A DNA stretch of 64,000 nt, taken from contig JBDRJN010000003.1 in NCBI GenBank assembly GCA_043814965.1, forward strand, positions 68,564 through 132,563, read 5' to 3'. Shown piece after piece: positions 47,024 through 57,224 of the stretch. The position numbers and the translations under genes are program-made. Under the pieces are notes generated by a model that worked only from the letters and a program-made list of their open reading frames with translations, did no database searches and was not told the origin of the DNA. The DNA comes from Candidatus Omnitrophota bacterium. GTDB taxonomy: Bacteria > Omnitrophota > Gorgyraeia > Gorgyraeales > Gorgyraeaceae. Position 1 is the first letter of the stretch. Each line of letters opens with the position of its first letter.

Positions 47024-48252
47024 GATAGATATTGAAACTTTTCCTCCAGCTTATCGCCTTTTATGATCCTGTAAGTATATGCTTCCATGTTACTAAGCAT
47101 ATCTTCGAAATTCCTTGCATCATCTTTACTGATAATACTGCCTTTACCTATCTTTCCGAAACTTGATGCTGCCAGTAATACGATTATGAGCTTTATGTCT
47201 TTTGTCTTGAACTGGGACAGGCTCATCAAACCTTTTAAGTCATTATCCGACAGTATGCACACCAATGTAGACTGTATAGGCGCGCCAAATACGGTCTCGT
47301 CGACCATTTTATCCAGTGTCACTTCTCCATCTGAAGTGACACCAGCAAGATATTCTAATATCCTGTGTTTGTGATACTCACCTTTCCCAAATGGAAGGCA
47401 GAACTTTTCCTTTCCATATCCAACAAGCTGTACAAATATGTTGTTTTCCAAAAGATATGCCGCCACAGAAGCCGCTATTTTCACAGAATACTCCAGTGTC
47501 GTATCTTTTCCTGTCCCAATATCATTGCCTTTTTTTAGATCAAGCAGTATCGTGGCTTCCTGCGCGGCATTGCGCTGAAATTCCTTTACAATGAGCTTTC
47601 CATGTTTTGCTGTCAACGGCCAGTGGATCCTGCTTTTCAGGTCGCCTCTTCTATATTCCCTTACTCCAAAAAATTCATGAGTATCAGAACTTATCCTGGC
47701 AGTCTCAACTCCCATCCATGAAAGGCTCGAGGCCTTAAGTTGAGGGAAAAAAAGTATATTAAATAATTTTGGGTATACCAATATCTCGGAAAACACGTCC
47801 AAGCGTTTTACTATCTTAAAAAAACCCATCATGTCCTGGTAGGCTACTGATACAGGCCCGAATCTATGGAGTCCTCTTTTGAAACAGTTTACAGTATAAT
47901 TGACTAATATGTAGTCCTCCCTGTCAAGCCTGGATACAAATAAAGACTTTTCTTTCTTGTCACAAGCCTCCCCCTCGAACCTGTCTATTACCTCAAAGAA
48001 AAAACTTGGAATATTACGCTTGTTCGTTATCTTTACTTCTACGGCCAATAGGTCATCCTCGTAGGCAACATCCTGGACCTTTCTTTCGATAGATATTTTA
48101 GGTAAAGTCAGATATACATAAAGAAACCCTAGAAAAAGTATACAAAAAGATATAGCGCATAATACATAGAATATCTCTATCTTAAGATTCCATGATACTG
48201 CCAAGAGTATGATTATTATTATACAAAGAAATATGCCCTTTAGAGTAAGCAT
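47020..48252 (-). CDS. DUF58-domain protein (MoxR-associated, vWA-like)
   Basis: Two N-terminal TM helices; DUF58 signature FGVREYRRGDLKSRIHWPLTAKHGKLIVKEFQ. Confidence 0.8.
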   Translation of the reverse strand: MLTLKGIFLCIIIIILLAVSWNLKIEIFYVLCAISFCILFLGFLYVYLTLPKISIERKVQDVAYEDDLLAVEVKITNKRNIPSFFFEVIDRFEGEACDKKEKSLFVSRLDREDYILVNYTVNCFKRGLHRFGPVSVAYQDMMGFFKIVKRLDVFSEILVYPKLFNILFFPQLKASSLSWMGVETARISSDTHEFFGVREYRRGDLKSRIHWPLTAKHGKLIVKEFQRNAAQEATILLDLKKGNDIGTGKDTTLEYSVKIAASVAAYLLENNIFVQLVGYGKEKFCLPFGKGEYHKHRILEYLAGVTSDGEVTLDKMVDETVFGAPIQSTLVCILSDNDLKGLMSLSQFKTKDIKLIIVLLAASSFGKIGKGSIISKDDARNFEDMLSNMEAYTYRIIKGDKLEEKFQYLS

Positions 48253-48256
48253 AAGT

Positions 48257-49195
48257 TTACGCCGGAGTAGGTATTTTCTTCAGGATATGAGTGACTATGC
48301 GTTCTGGATCAAGCCCCTTTACAATAGAACGGGGCTGAAGAATTATCCTATGGCTCAGGACTGGATAAGCTAGCTTCTTTATGTCATCTGGGATGACATA
48401 GTCCCTTTCTTCGATAAAAGCAAGAGACCTCGCAATGTTCATAAGCGCAAGGGATGCCCTGGGGCTAGCTCCTAATTTCACGTCTCCGGGAAGGTTCCTG
48501 GTCTCTGATATTATCTTTACAATATATTGATTTATTTGCGGGTCTATGTGTATGGATTTTATTGCATCCTGCGCTTCTATGACATCCTTAATACTGACAA
48601 CGCTTTTTAGGCTATTGATAGGGGGTTCTTTTATATTTTTCCCTAATATCCTTATCTCTTCCTGGGGTGTAGGATATCCTACTTTAAGCTGCATCATAAA
48701 CCTGTCTATCTGTGCCTCTGGAAGAGGATATGTCCCGTGAAACTCTATTGGGTTCTGGGTAGCTATTACAAAAAATGGCTTTGGAAGTTCCCTGGTCTCG
48801 CCATCCACAGTCACTCTAAACTCTTGCATGGCCTCTAGAAGAGCTGACTGGGTCCTTGGCGTAGTCCTATTGATCTCATCCGCAAGGACTATATTCGCGA
48901 ATATCGGGCCTTTATTGAATTCAAATTCTGATGTCTTCTGATTATATATAGACACCCCTGTCACATCCGAAGGCAAAAGATCTGGGGTAAATTGTATCCT
49001 CTTGAAATCTGCTTCTATGGAACATGCCAGTGCCCTTGATAACATGGTCTTACCAAGGCCAGGGACATCTTCGAGCAATATATGCCCTTCACTAAAAAGC
49101 CCTGCGACTACAAGCTTTATCACTTCTACCTTGCCGACTATTACATTAGAGATGTTCTCGATTATCTTTTTTGGTATATCATGGAGATTTGACAT
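48257..49195 (-). CDS. MoxR-family AAA+ ATPase
   Basis: Walker A (VPGLGKT), Walker B (LADEINR), sensor regions typical of MoxR/RavA. Confidence 0.9.
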   Translation of the reverse strand: MSNLHDIPKKIIENISNVIVGKVEVIKLVVAGLFSEGHILLEDVPGLGKTMLSRALACSIEADFKRIQFTPDLLPSDVTGVSIYNQKTSEFEFNKGPIFANIVLADEINRTTPRTQSALLEAMQEFRVTVDGETRELPKPFFVIATQNPIEFHGTYPLPEAQIDRFMMQLKVGYPTPQEEIRILGKNIKEPPINSLKSVVSIKDVIEAQDAIKSIHIDPQINQYIVKIISETRNLPGDVKLGASPRASLALMNIARSLAFIEERDYVIPDDIKKLAYPVLSHRIILQPRSIVKGLDPERIVTHILKKIPTPA

Positions 49196-49306
49196 CTAGG
49201 CCCCCTTTATCTCTTTTATATTACATCTAAATATATCATAGAGCGCATTTATTGTCAAAGCAATCTAACCAATAAAACTAAAATAATCTCTGCCCAGCAA
49301 AGTATT

Positions 49307-49462
49307 CTTTTTTTCCGACTGGGTAGGTCTACGAAAAGACGCTTAGCTGCCCCGGCGAGGCAGCTTTCGCTCCGTGCTTTTTTTCACTCTCGCCTGGTAA
49401 CTTGCAAGGGCGAACCGTGCCCGTTCAAAAAAGCAAGGCTTTTCTTTAGCCCTACCCAGTCG
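49307..49462 (+). repeat. inverted-repeat-flanked intergenic element (ccgactgggtagg ... cctacccagtcg) carrying modules shared with 45265-45500
   Basis: Terminal inverted repeats at 49307-49321 and 49449-49462; internal hairpin agctgcc-ccggcga-ggcagct; gggcgaaccgtgcccgttcaaaaaag resembles 45424-45447. Confidence 0.55.
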
Positions 49463-49494
49463 AAAAAGATTAATCTTTTATTACAGTTCATGTT

Positions 49495-49659
49495 GTTCTT
49501 AGCTGGTGAGGGGCTGAAAAAAGCATCTTTATTTTGCGCACTAGAATCTCAATGCACTACAATTTAGTATGCCTGTCAAAATAAAACTGAGCGAAGCCCA
49601 CATCTACAAATCACCAACTCTGGCTGAGCGTCTTTTTGAAGGCCTCACCAGCTAAGAAC
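49495..49659 (+). repeat. ~165 bp element with ~30 bp imperfect terminal inverted repeats, copy A (MITE-like, or a structured small RNA with a long closing stem)
   Basis: gttcttagctggtgagg ... cctcaccagctaagaac; the interior aligns almost base-for-base with 61929-62092 (shared ctgaaaaaagc, ttttgcgca, gcctgtcaaaa, aagccca, gcgtctttttgaagg). Confidence 0.6.
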
Positions 49660-49744
49660 ATGCTATGAATAGGATAAAAAAAATCCCGCAAGTGATATGC
49701 TCACTTGCGGGATTTTGTGTAGTACTAGTTTTTCCGAGCAGCTA

Positions 49745-51403
<1,659 letters not shown>

Positions 51404-51406
51404 TTA

Positions 51407-51694
51407 CTACTTAATGATCGCTAGTATATCTTCTTCTTTTAATATCAAATAATCTTCTCCATTGTCTGTCAGTTCGTTGCCAGCATATTTTCCAAAAAGC
51501 ACCTTGTCGCCTTTTTTGACTTCTAGCGGTTCTACTTTTCCGCTCTCCAACACCTTGCCTTTACCAATAGCGATAACTTCTCCTTTTTGCGGCTTTTCCT
51601 TAGCTGAATCTGGCAGTAAAATACCACCTTTTGTCTTTTCTTCAGCCTCAAGCCTTTTTATCAGTACTCTGTCACCTAATGGTTGAATTGCCAT
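51407..51694 (-). CDS. groS: co-chaperonin GroES
   Basis: [25 protein letters not shown]; 95 aa; immediately upstream of groEL. Confidence 0.95.
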   Translation of the reverse strand: MAIQPLGDRVLIKRLEAEEKTKGGILLPDSAKEKPQKGEVIAIGKGKVLESGKVEPLEVKKGDKVLFGKYAGNELTDNGEDYLILKEEDILAIIK

Positions 51695-51740
51695 ATCTAC
51701 ACCTCCTGTATAGTTTTGTTTGATATGGATAGTTTGATTG

Positions 51741-51767
51741 TCAGCACTCTCATAGGAGGAGTGCTAT
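51741..51767 (-). promoter_or_regulatory. CIRCE operator (HrcA binding site) upstream of groES
   Basis: On the coding strand ATAGCACTC-N9-GAGTGCTGA, matching TTAGCACTC-N9-GAGTGCTAA at 14/18 positions, ~45 nt upstream of the groES start. Confidence 0.75.
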
Positions 51768-51828
51768 CTAAAGCGAACTATATATTACAGAGACTTTGTA
51801 ATCTTGTCAAGTATTTTTTTTAAAGCTT

Positions 51829-51868
51829 CCACAACGTAGGGGAACCTTAAGGTTCCCCTACGTTGTGG
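51829..51868. repeat. perfect 18 bp-stem palindrome of the GTAGGGGA family (ccacaacgtaggggaacc-ttaa-ggttcccctacgttgtgg)
   Basis: Shares its core with 6198-6222 and 45397-45422; lies between the tonB stop and the groES promoter region. Confidence 0.6.
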
Positions 51869-51889
51869 TTAGAATTGCCGGGTCAGAAG

Positions 51890-52585
51890 CTAGTTGGTAG
51901 GTTCAAATGATATGATAACATTGAAAGTTATCTGGTACTGGCTCATGCCTTCTGGGAATGGCGGGAAAGGACTTGCATCTCTTATGCTATTTAAAGCTAT
52001 CTCTCTAAGATAACTATTATCTGTGGAACTCTCATCCACTATATTGACTTGAATAAGCTCGCCTCTTGAAGTTACTGTAAAAGAAAGGAAGACCTCGCCT
52101 TTAGCTAGGTCCTTTTTTGAATAATAATTGTTATTTGCGTAAGTCCTTATCTTCTCTCTGACAGAACGATAATAGCTTACATAGGTAGCCTTCTTTGCTT
52201 CATCTTTCTCTTCTTGCATCATTTTCTCAAAGTTTACACCTTCAATAAAAGATGCTGTATCTATATGCCTTACCTTTGGTTTTATAAAATCTTTTTCTTT
52301 CTTTTCTGGTTTTGGGGGTTTAAGGATGTCTTCTTTTTTTATATCAGGAAGTTTTTCCGCAATAGGCTGGGGCTTGATACCTTTGATAGCTGTCCTTTTT
52401 TGTATAGGCTTTATGCCTACTAATTTTTTATCCGGGGGGTGTTTTATCTCTACGTAGGCCGTCTCCATATCTTTTGTATCTTTCTTTGTAATAAAGAAAT
52501 CAGCCCATGGAAGCGCGATAAAAAAGATAGAGTGTATCAGGGTTGAGAAAAGAAAGGCTATTTTAAAAGTCTTGTTCTCTGGCAT
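51890..52585 (-). CDS. tonB: TonB-family energy transducer
   Basis: N-terminal TM anchor, Pro/Lys-rich spacer, C-terminal TonB-like domain; directly downstream of a TonB-dependent receptor. Confidence 0.7.
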   Translation of the reverse strand: MPENKTFKIAFLFSTLIHSIFFIALPWADFFITKKDTKDMETAYVEIKHPPDKKLVGIKPIQKRTAIKGIKPQPIAEKLPDIKKEDILKPPKPEKKEKDFIKPKVRHIDTASFIEGVNFEKMMQEEKDEAKKATYVSYYRSVREKIRTYANNNYYSKKDLAKGEVFLSFTVTSRGELIQVNIVDESSTDNSYLREIALNSIRDASPFPPFPEGMSQYQITFNVIISFEPTN

Positions 52586-52666
52586 TTGTACCTATGATAA
52601 CAATTAAAAAATAAAATGTCAAATACCGGGGTGTGTATTTATGATCTACGCCGGGACTGGCCAATA

Positions 52667-54532
52667 TTAAAACTTCATCCTTATGCCGCCATAGTATGCC
52701 CTGCCTGGGACAGGATAATTTTTCTGTTCTTCATAAGCCCTATCTGTGATATTTTTTATTTCAAACATCAACTGAGTATTTTCTCTTAACTTATAGTCAA
52801 GACTGATATTGCCTACAGCATAATGAGAAAGTAATGCCGTATTATCTGCGTTGACGTATCTTTTTGTCTTATAAAGAAGGCTTAGGCCTATCTCTAATTT
52901 GGAAACAGGTGAATATATAAAATTCAACTTATAGAGATGCCTAGGCCTATATATAAGCCATTTTTTTGTATTTCTATCTTCTGCTTCAAGATATGTATAA
53001 TTAAAATTTGTTTTTAACCAATGCGCTAGCGCGATTTCAGTTTCAAACTCAACGCCTTTGATCGAAGCTGAATTCAAGTTTTCAGGCCTCCACCACCACG
53101 AATTATCAACTGTCCACTCTATCATGTCCCTTATATTGGTCCTAAAAAAAGTAGCGTCCATTTTCAATTTATTAAAGAGGTAGCCGCTGCATCCAAATTC
53201 CAAAGATTCTGCTTTTTCCGGGCCCAGCATGGTATTGCCTTCTACGCCTCCCCATACACCCCAATCTTCACGCGGCCAATATAGGTCGTTAAACGTCGGG
53301 GCCCTGAATGACTTGGCAGCTAATGCATGGGCCTTTATTGCATTAAACAGCCAAAAGTTAAAGCTTACGCTAGGTGAGTTTCTATCTCCGAAATTCGAAT
53401 AATCATCCCATCTATTTCCGAATTTTAGGGTCCCCATATCAAATACATCTATCTCTGATTCAAAATAAAACCCCTTAAGATCATAAGCTCTCTTGCTGCT
53501 AATAGAGCTATTTAGCCTGTTTTCCCGAAAGCTAAAACCAAACGCTGTCCTATAGTCTTCTAAGAATTTCTGGGAGATCTGAAAATCAGCCCCGTATACC
53601 TTTGTATGATTTGTGTCTCTACTAACAGGCTCAAAGGTTTCTGTAAACTCCAGCCTATCGGAATTACAAAAAGTCTTAACTAGCAGGTCCTGCCCTTCAA
53701 ATAATTTACCTTTATACGTGACATCCAGGTAGTTAGAGAATGTTTCCTGTTTGTCATCCAGGTCCTCTGAGGTCACAGCACCGATATTTCCCACTTCAGA
53801 ATTATAATAACCGCTGGAAACGCTTATGCGGCTTTCATCATCAAATTGATATCCAAAATTAGAGTTTGCATTGTTGCTTAAACAATCGCTGTTGTCCCTG
53901 TGTCCATGCGATGCTAAATAATCATAGGATAGAAAATAATCGAAGTCCTTTATCTTATCCCCATAACTTAAAGAATTAAACTTTGTATTAAAAGATCCGA
54001 ACTTGCTTACTACCTCTGCCTTTTCCCCTTTATTTCCTTTTTTGGTTATTATATTTATAACTCCTCCTATTGCATTAGCTCCATAGATACTGCTTGCGGG
54101 GCCGCGCAGGACCTCTACTCTTTCAATATTTGAAAGAGAGATCCTATTAAAATCAGTAACTCCATCTCGAGGCGTATTAACAGGCCTTCCATCCAGAAGA
54201 GTTAAAACCTGGCTAGACGAAGCGCCTCTTGTATGAACGGATTTTGATGACCCATTGGACCCATACTCTAAGATATCAACAGATGGTAATAGCTCCAATA
54301 CTTCCGTGATCTCAGTAATAGAATTCGCTTTTATGTCTTCTTCTGAAACAATACTCACGTTTTGCGTGGAATATCTGTACCCCCTTTCCACCCTGGATGG
54401 CGTAACCACGATCTTCTCAAGGTCAATACTGTAGCTGTTTTCTTTCAGTTTATCGTCCTGTGCGAATACTATACTGGCTGAAGCTAACGCAAGCAGATAA
54501 AAAATAAACACCAAGTACTTCAACTTATCCAT
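52667..54532 (-). CDS. TonB-dependent outer-membrane receptor (probable corrinoid/BtuB-like)
   Basis: Signal peptide from MDKLKYLVFIFYLLALASASIVFA; TonB box/plug (IVVTPSRVE); beta-barrel ending in terminal F; start moved to the ATG with a GGAAAGGAA RBS. Confidence 0.85.
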   Translation of the reverse strand: MDKLKYLVFIFYLLALASASIVFAQDDKLKENSYSIDLEKIVVTPSRVERGYRYSTQNVSIVSEEDIKANSITEITEVLELLPSVDILEYGSNGSSKSVHTRGASSSQVLTLLDGRPVNTPRDGVTDFNRISLSNIERVEVLRGPASSIYGANAIGGVINIITKKGNKGEKAEVVSKFGSFNTKFNSLSYGDKIKDFDYFLSYDYLASHGHRDNSDCLSNNANSNFGYQFDDESRISVSSGYYNSEVGNIGAVTSEDLDDKQETFSNYLDVTYKGKLFEGQDLLVKTFCNSDRLEFTETFEPVSRDTNHTKVYGADFQISQKFLEDYRTAFGFSFRENRLNSSISSKRAYDLKGFYFESEIDVFDMGTLKFGNRWDDYSNFGDRNSPSVSFNFWLFNAIKAHALAAKSFRAPTFNDLYWPREDWGVWGGVEGNTMLGPEKAESLEFGCSGYLFNKLKMDATFFRTNIRDMIEWTVDNSWWWRPENLNSASIKGVEFETEIALAHWLKTNFNYTYLEAEDRNTKKWLIYRPRHLYKLNFIYSPVSKLEIGLSLLYKTKRYVNADNTALLSHYAVGNISLDYKLRENTQLMFEIKNITDRAYEEQKNYPVPGRAYYGGIRMKF

Positions 54533-54678
54533 ATTCCTTTCCTTTCCCCTCTCGCGAAGGTAGTTCCCACGATAAACAATAGACCGGGCTAATCTAACAA
54601 GCATCAGATATTACCGTTGCGCGGCAGCCATCCGCCCTAAGCAGATGGTCCCGAACAGCCATGGTCTTGCGTATAGCT

Positions 54679-54711
54679 GCGAGGGACACCTGGGATCGAA
54701 CCAGGATTTCC
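54679..54711 (-). other. tRNA 3'-half-like fragment (T-arm plus acceptor 3' strand) with no 5' half
   Basis: The minus strand reads ggaaat-CCTGG-TTCGATC-CCAGG-tgtccct-c-gca, a canonical GGTTCGATCC T-arm and 7 nt acceptor strand; no matching 5' acceptor, D- or anticodon arm upstream. Confidence 0.4.
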
Positions 54712-54746
54712 TTTGTTTATCCGGCTAAAATTTTTGTTATTAAATA

Positions 54747-55421
54747 CTATTTGTATTTCTTTATATCCAAAAACCAGTATTTCCAAAAACCTTCCTTAAG
54801 AATTGGCTCGCTTTCTAATATCTCAATGTTTCTTTTAAAGATCGGGCCGTCAATTACTATAGTATGGAATTCTCCGTTTTCACCGCAGGGACAAATATTT
54901 TTTGACTTAAGTTCTTTTAGCAGATCCCTATCAACCAGCCTGCCCACAAAATCTTTTCCAAACTTATCCGCCTGGCAGCTCACAACAATAGCTTTAAAAC
55001 CTGTTTCTATAAACTCTTCAATGATATCTGAGGCAGAGACATTCCAAAGCGGTTCCATAGGAGTAACATCTGCATCATTACATACGCGCTCAACCCAATC
55101 TTTATGCTCATCCAAATAAATATCTCCAAAAACCATTTTCTTAAGGCCTTTTTCTCTTAGCTCAGATACAGCTTCTTTGAATTCCCTTTCGTATTCTTTC
55201 ATATCATCAGTTACTTCTTTTTGGATCAAAGGTATACCTACAAGCTCTGCCTGAAGCCTTAAGAGGTCTTTTTCTATTCCGTGAAAACAGCCCCTTTTGT
55301 GCTTTCTGGATATAAAATTCAAGAAATATTTTACATCATATCCCTGTTTCATTGCTTTATAACATGCGAAACAACTATCTTTTCCTCCGCTCCACGAAGA
55401 AATAATACCTAGTTCATCCAT
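54747..55421 (-). CDS. PP-loop ATP pyrophosphatase of the Dph6/MJ0570 (COG2102) family
   Basis: SGGKDS PP-loop near the N-terminus, ~220 aa alpha/beta ATP-PPase fold plus C-terminal extension; overlaps the cobS stop by 13 bp. Confidence 0.7.
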   Translation of the reverse strand: MDELGIISSWSGGKDSCFACYKAMKQGYDVKYFLNFISRKHKRGCFHGIEKDLLRLQAELVGIPLIQKEVTDDMKEYEREFKEAVSELREKGLKKMVFGDIYLDEHKDWVERVCNDADVTPMEPLWNVSASDIIEEFIETGFKAIVVSCQADKFGKDFVGRLVDRDLLKELKSKNICPCGENGEFHTIVIDGPIFKRNIEILESEPILKEGFWKYWFLDIKKYK

Positions 55422-56164
55422 AAACCAAACCTTTCCAGTAAGAATATACCAAGCAATACAATCACTTCTACAAGCTCATTTGTTGCGCCAAGAGTATCAC
55501 CTGTTATACCGCTTATTTTGCTTTTTATATGTTTTCCTATTATATATACGGATATAATCGCTGCTCCCATGAGCATTAGGCTTTGTATTTTCCAAACTAT
55601 AGCCATACAGCCAATAGCAGCTATAGTAGAAAAAATAAATATCTTTGGATCAACTCCTTTGATAAAGCTCTTTGCTTTACCTTCTTCCCTGGCATAAGGA
55701 AACAAAACCATAGACAATACAAGCGACCACCTGCTCAATACACACATAAAAATAAGTGAATTAGATTTTGATGTTATACTTATAGACGAAAGAAAAGCCA
55801 CCTTTAAGCTTATAATACCTATTAAGCTCAAAACACCCATTACTCCTATATGAGAATCACGCATGATATTAAGCATATCTTCTTTGTTTTTCCTGCTTAA
55901 TAACGCATCCATTGTATCCGCCAGGCCATCTAGATGAATACCTCCAGTAAGAACAATGAGAAAAATTATTAAGATCATATTTATAACAATCTGTTCAAAA
56001 CCAAGAAAATACAAAAACTTATCAGTCCCGGTCAATATAAGGCCCAACATCAATCCAACCAAAGGAAAATACACCATAGATCGAGGTATTTTTTTCTCAT
56101 CCAATTGTTTTATCTTAATAGGGACTATAGTTAAAAATTGTAAAGCTGTTAAAAAACCTTTCAT
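55409..56164 (-). CDS. cobS: adenosylcobinamide-GDP ribazoletransferase (cobalamin synthase)
   Basis: MKGFLTALQFLTIVPI N-terminus, polytopic membrane protein, ~250 aa. Confidence 0.9.
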   Translation of the reverse strand: MKGFLTALQFLTIVPIKIKQLDEKKIPRSMVYFPLVGLMLGLILTGTDKFLYFLGFEQIVINMILIIFLIVLTGGIHLDGLADTMDALLSRKNKEDMLNIMRDSHIGVMGVLSLIGIISLKVAFLSSISITSKSNSLIFMCVLSRWSLVLSMVLFPYAREEGKAKSFIKGVDPKIFIFSTIAAIGCMAIVWKIQSLMLMGAAIISVYIIGKHIKSKISGITGDTLGATNELVEVIVLLGIFLLERFGLWMN

Positions 56165-57222
56165 GATTTATCTCTCTCAGCCACACCTGCGCTTTTAAAA
56201 GTAGCCATCTCAGTCATTACCTTAATACCTGCATCTACTATACCTATAGCCAAAGCTGCGCCAGTTCCCTCGCCAAGCCTTAGATCCAGATCTAATACAG
56301 CGTTAAGTCCTAAATGAGCCAGGATTATTACATGGCCTTTTTCTACTGAAGAATGTCCTGCTATCATATAGTCTCTAATTTTTGGTTCAAGATGATAAGC
56401 TATTAAAGCAGCTGCGCCGGATATAAACCCGTCTATTACTATAGGCACTCTTCTGGAAGCTGCCCCTAAAATCACGCCGCTCAATCCGCCTATCTCAAAT
56501 CCGCCTACTTTTGAAAGCACATCTATCGCGTCTTTAGGGTCAGGTTTATTTACATCAATAGCTTTTTTTATAATATTTATCTTATTTTTCAGGCTGTTAT
56601 CATTAATGCCTGTTCCTCTTCCTGTAACATCTTCTACGTTTTTTCCAGTAAGTACTGCTGTTATAGCGCTGGAAGGCGTAGTATTGCCAATACCCATGTC
56701 TCCTGTTCCTATAATATCAATTCCTTTTTTGAATTCCTGTTCAAAGATATCTATACCTGCTTCGATCGCGCTTATAGCTTCTTGCCTTGTCATGGCTGGT
56801 TCTTTCGCCATGTTCTTTGTGCCATAATTTACTTTTTTAATAATAAGATCCTGCTGAGGTTTTAAGTCACTGGCAACCCCCAGATCAGCAACCGCCACTT
56901 TCGCGCCAACATGTTTTGCCAATACATTTATTCCCGCGCCGCCCCTTAAAAAATTATAGACCATTTGCGGCGTGACCTCTTTTGGAAAAGCGCTTACTCC
57001 TTCTTCTGTCACCCCATGATCCCCGGCAAATGTAAAAATAACTTTGTTCTTAAGTGAAGGCGCCTCTTTTCCGGATATACCGACAACCAGCCTTGCCAGT
57101 TCTTCCAATCGGCCAAGGCTTCCCTGCGGCTTTGTAAGATTGTCCAGCCTTTCCTGTGCCTTATCCATAAGAGCGGTGTCCAAGCCTTTAATATTAGAAA
57201 TAGTTTCTTGTATTTTTTTCAC
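56161..57222 (-). CDS. cobT: nicotinate-nucleotide--dimethylbenzimidazole phosphoribosyltransferase
   Basis: LTKPQGSLGRLEELA and GIGNTT motifs; 353 aa. Confidence 0.9.
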   Translation of the reverse strand: MKKIQETISNIKGLDTALMDKAQERLDNLTKPQGSLGRLEELARLVVGISGKEAPSLKNKVIFTFAGDHGVTEEGVSAFPKEVTPQMVYNFLRGGAGINVLAKHVGAKVAVADLGVASDLKPQQDLIIKKVNYGTKNMAKEPAMTRQEAISAIEAGIDIFEQEFKKGIDIIGTGDMGIGNTTPSSAITAVLTGKNVEDVTGRGTGINDNSLKNKINIIKKAIDVNKPDPKDAIDVLSKVGGFEIGGLSGVILGAASRRVPIVIDGFISGAAALIAYHLEPKIRDYMIAGHSSVEKGHVIILAHLGLNAVLDLDLRLGEGTGAALAIGIVDAGIKVMTEMATFKSAGVAERDKS

Positions 57223-57224
57223 TT

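Noticed and set aside
54535-54746. Possible second cobalamin riboswitch directly upstream of the TonB-dependent receptor
   Set aside because: Neither strand contains the GGTGAAA..TCC / GCCACTG / AAGCCA...CTGCC core. The only structured pieces are a tRNA-like T-arm and short direct repeats, so no riboswitch is called here.
54679-54760. Full tRNA or tmRNA gene
   Set aside because: The T-arm and 3' acceptor strand are present, but no complementary 5' acceptor strand, D-arm or anticodon arm exists upstream. No GGGG..5' tmRNA end and no resume-codon ORF. Kept only as a fragment.
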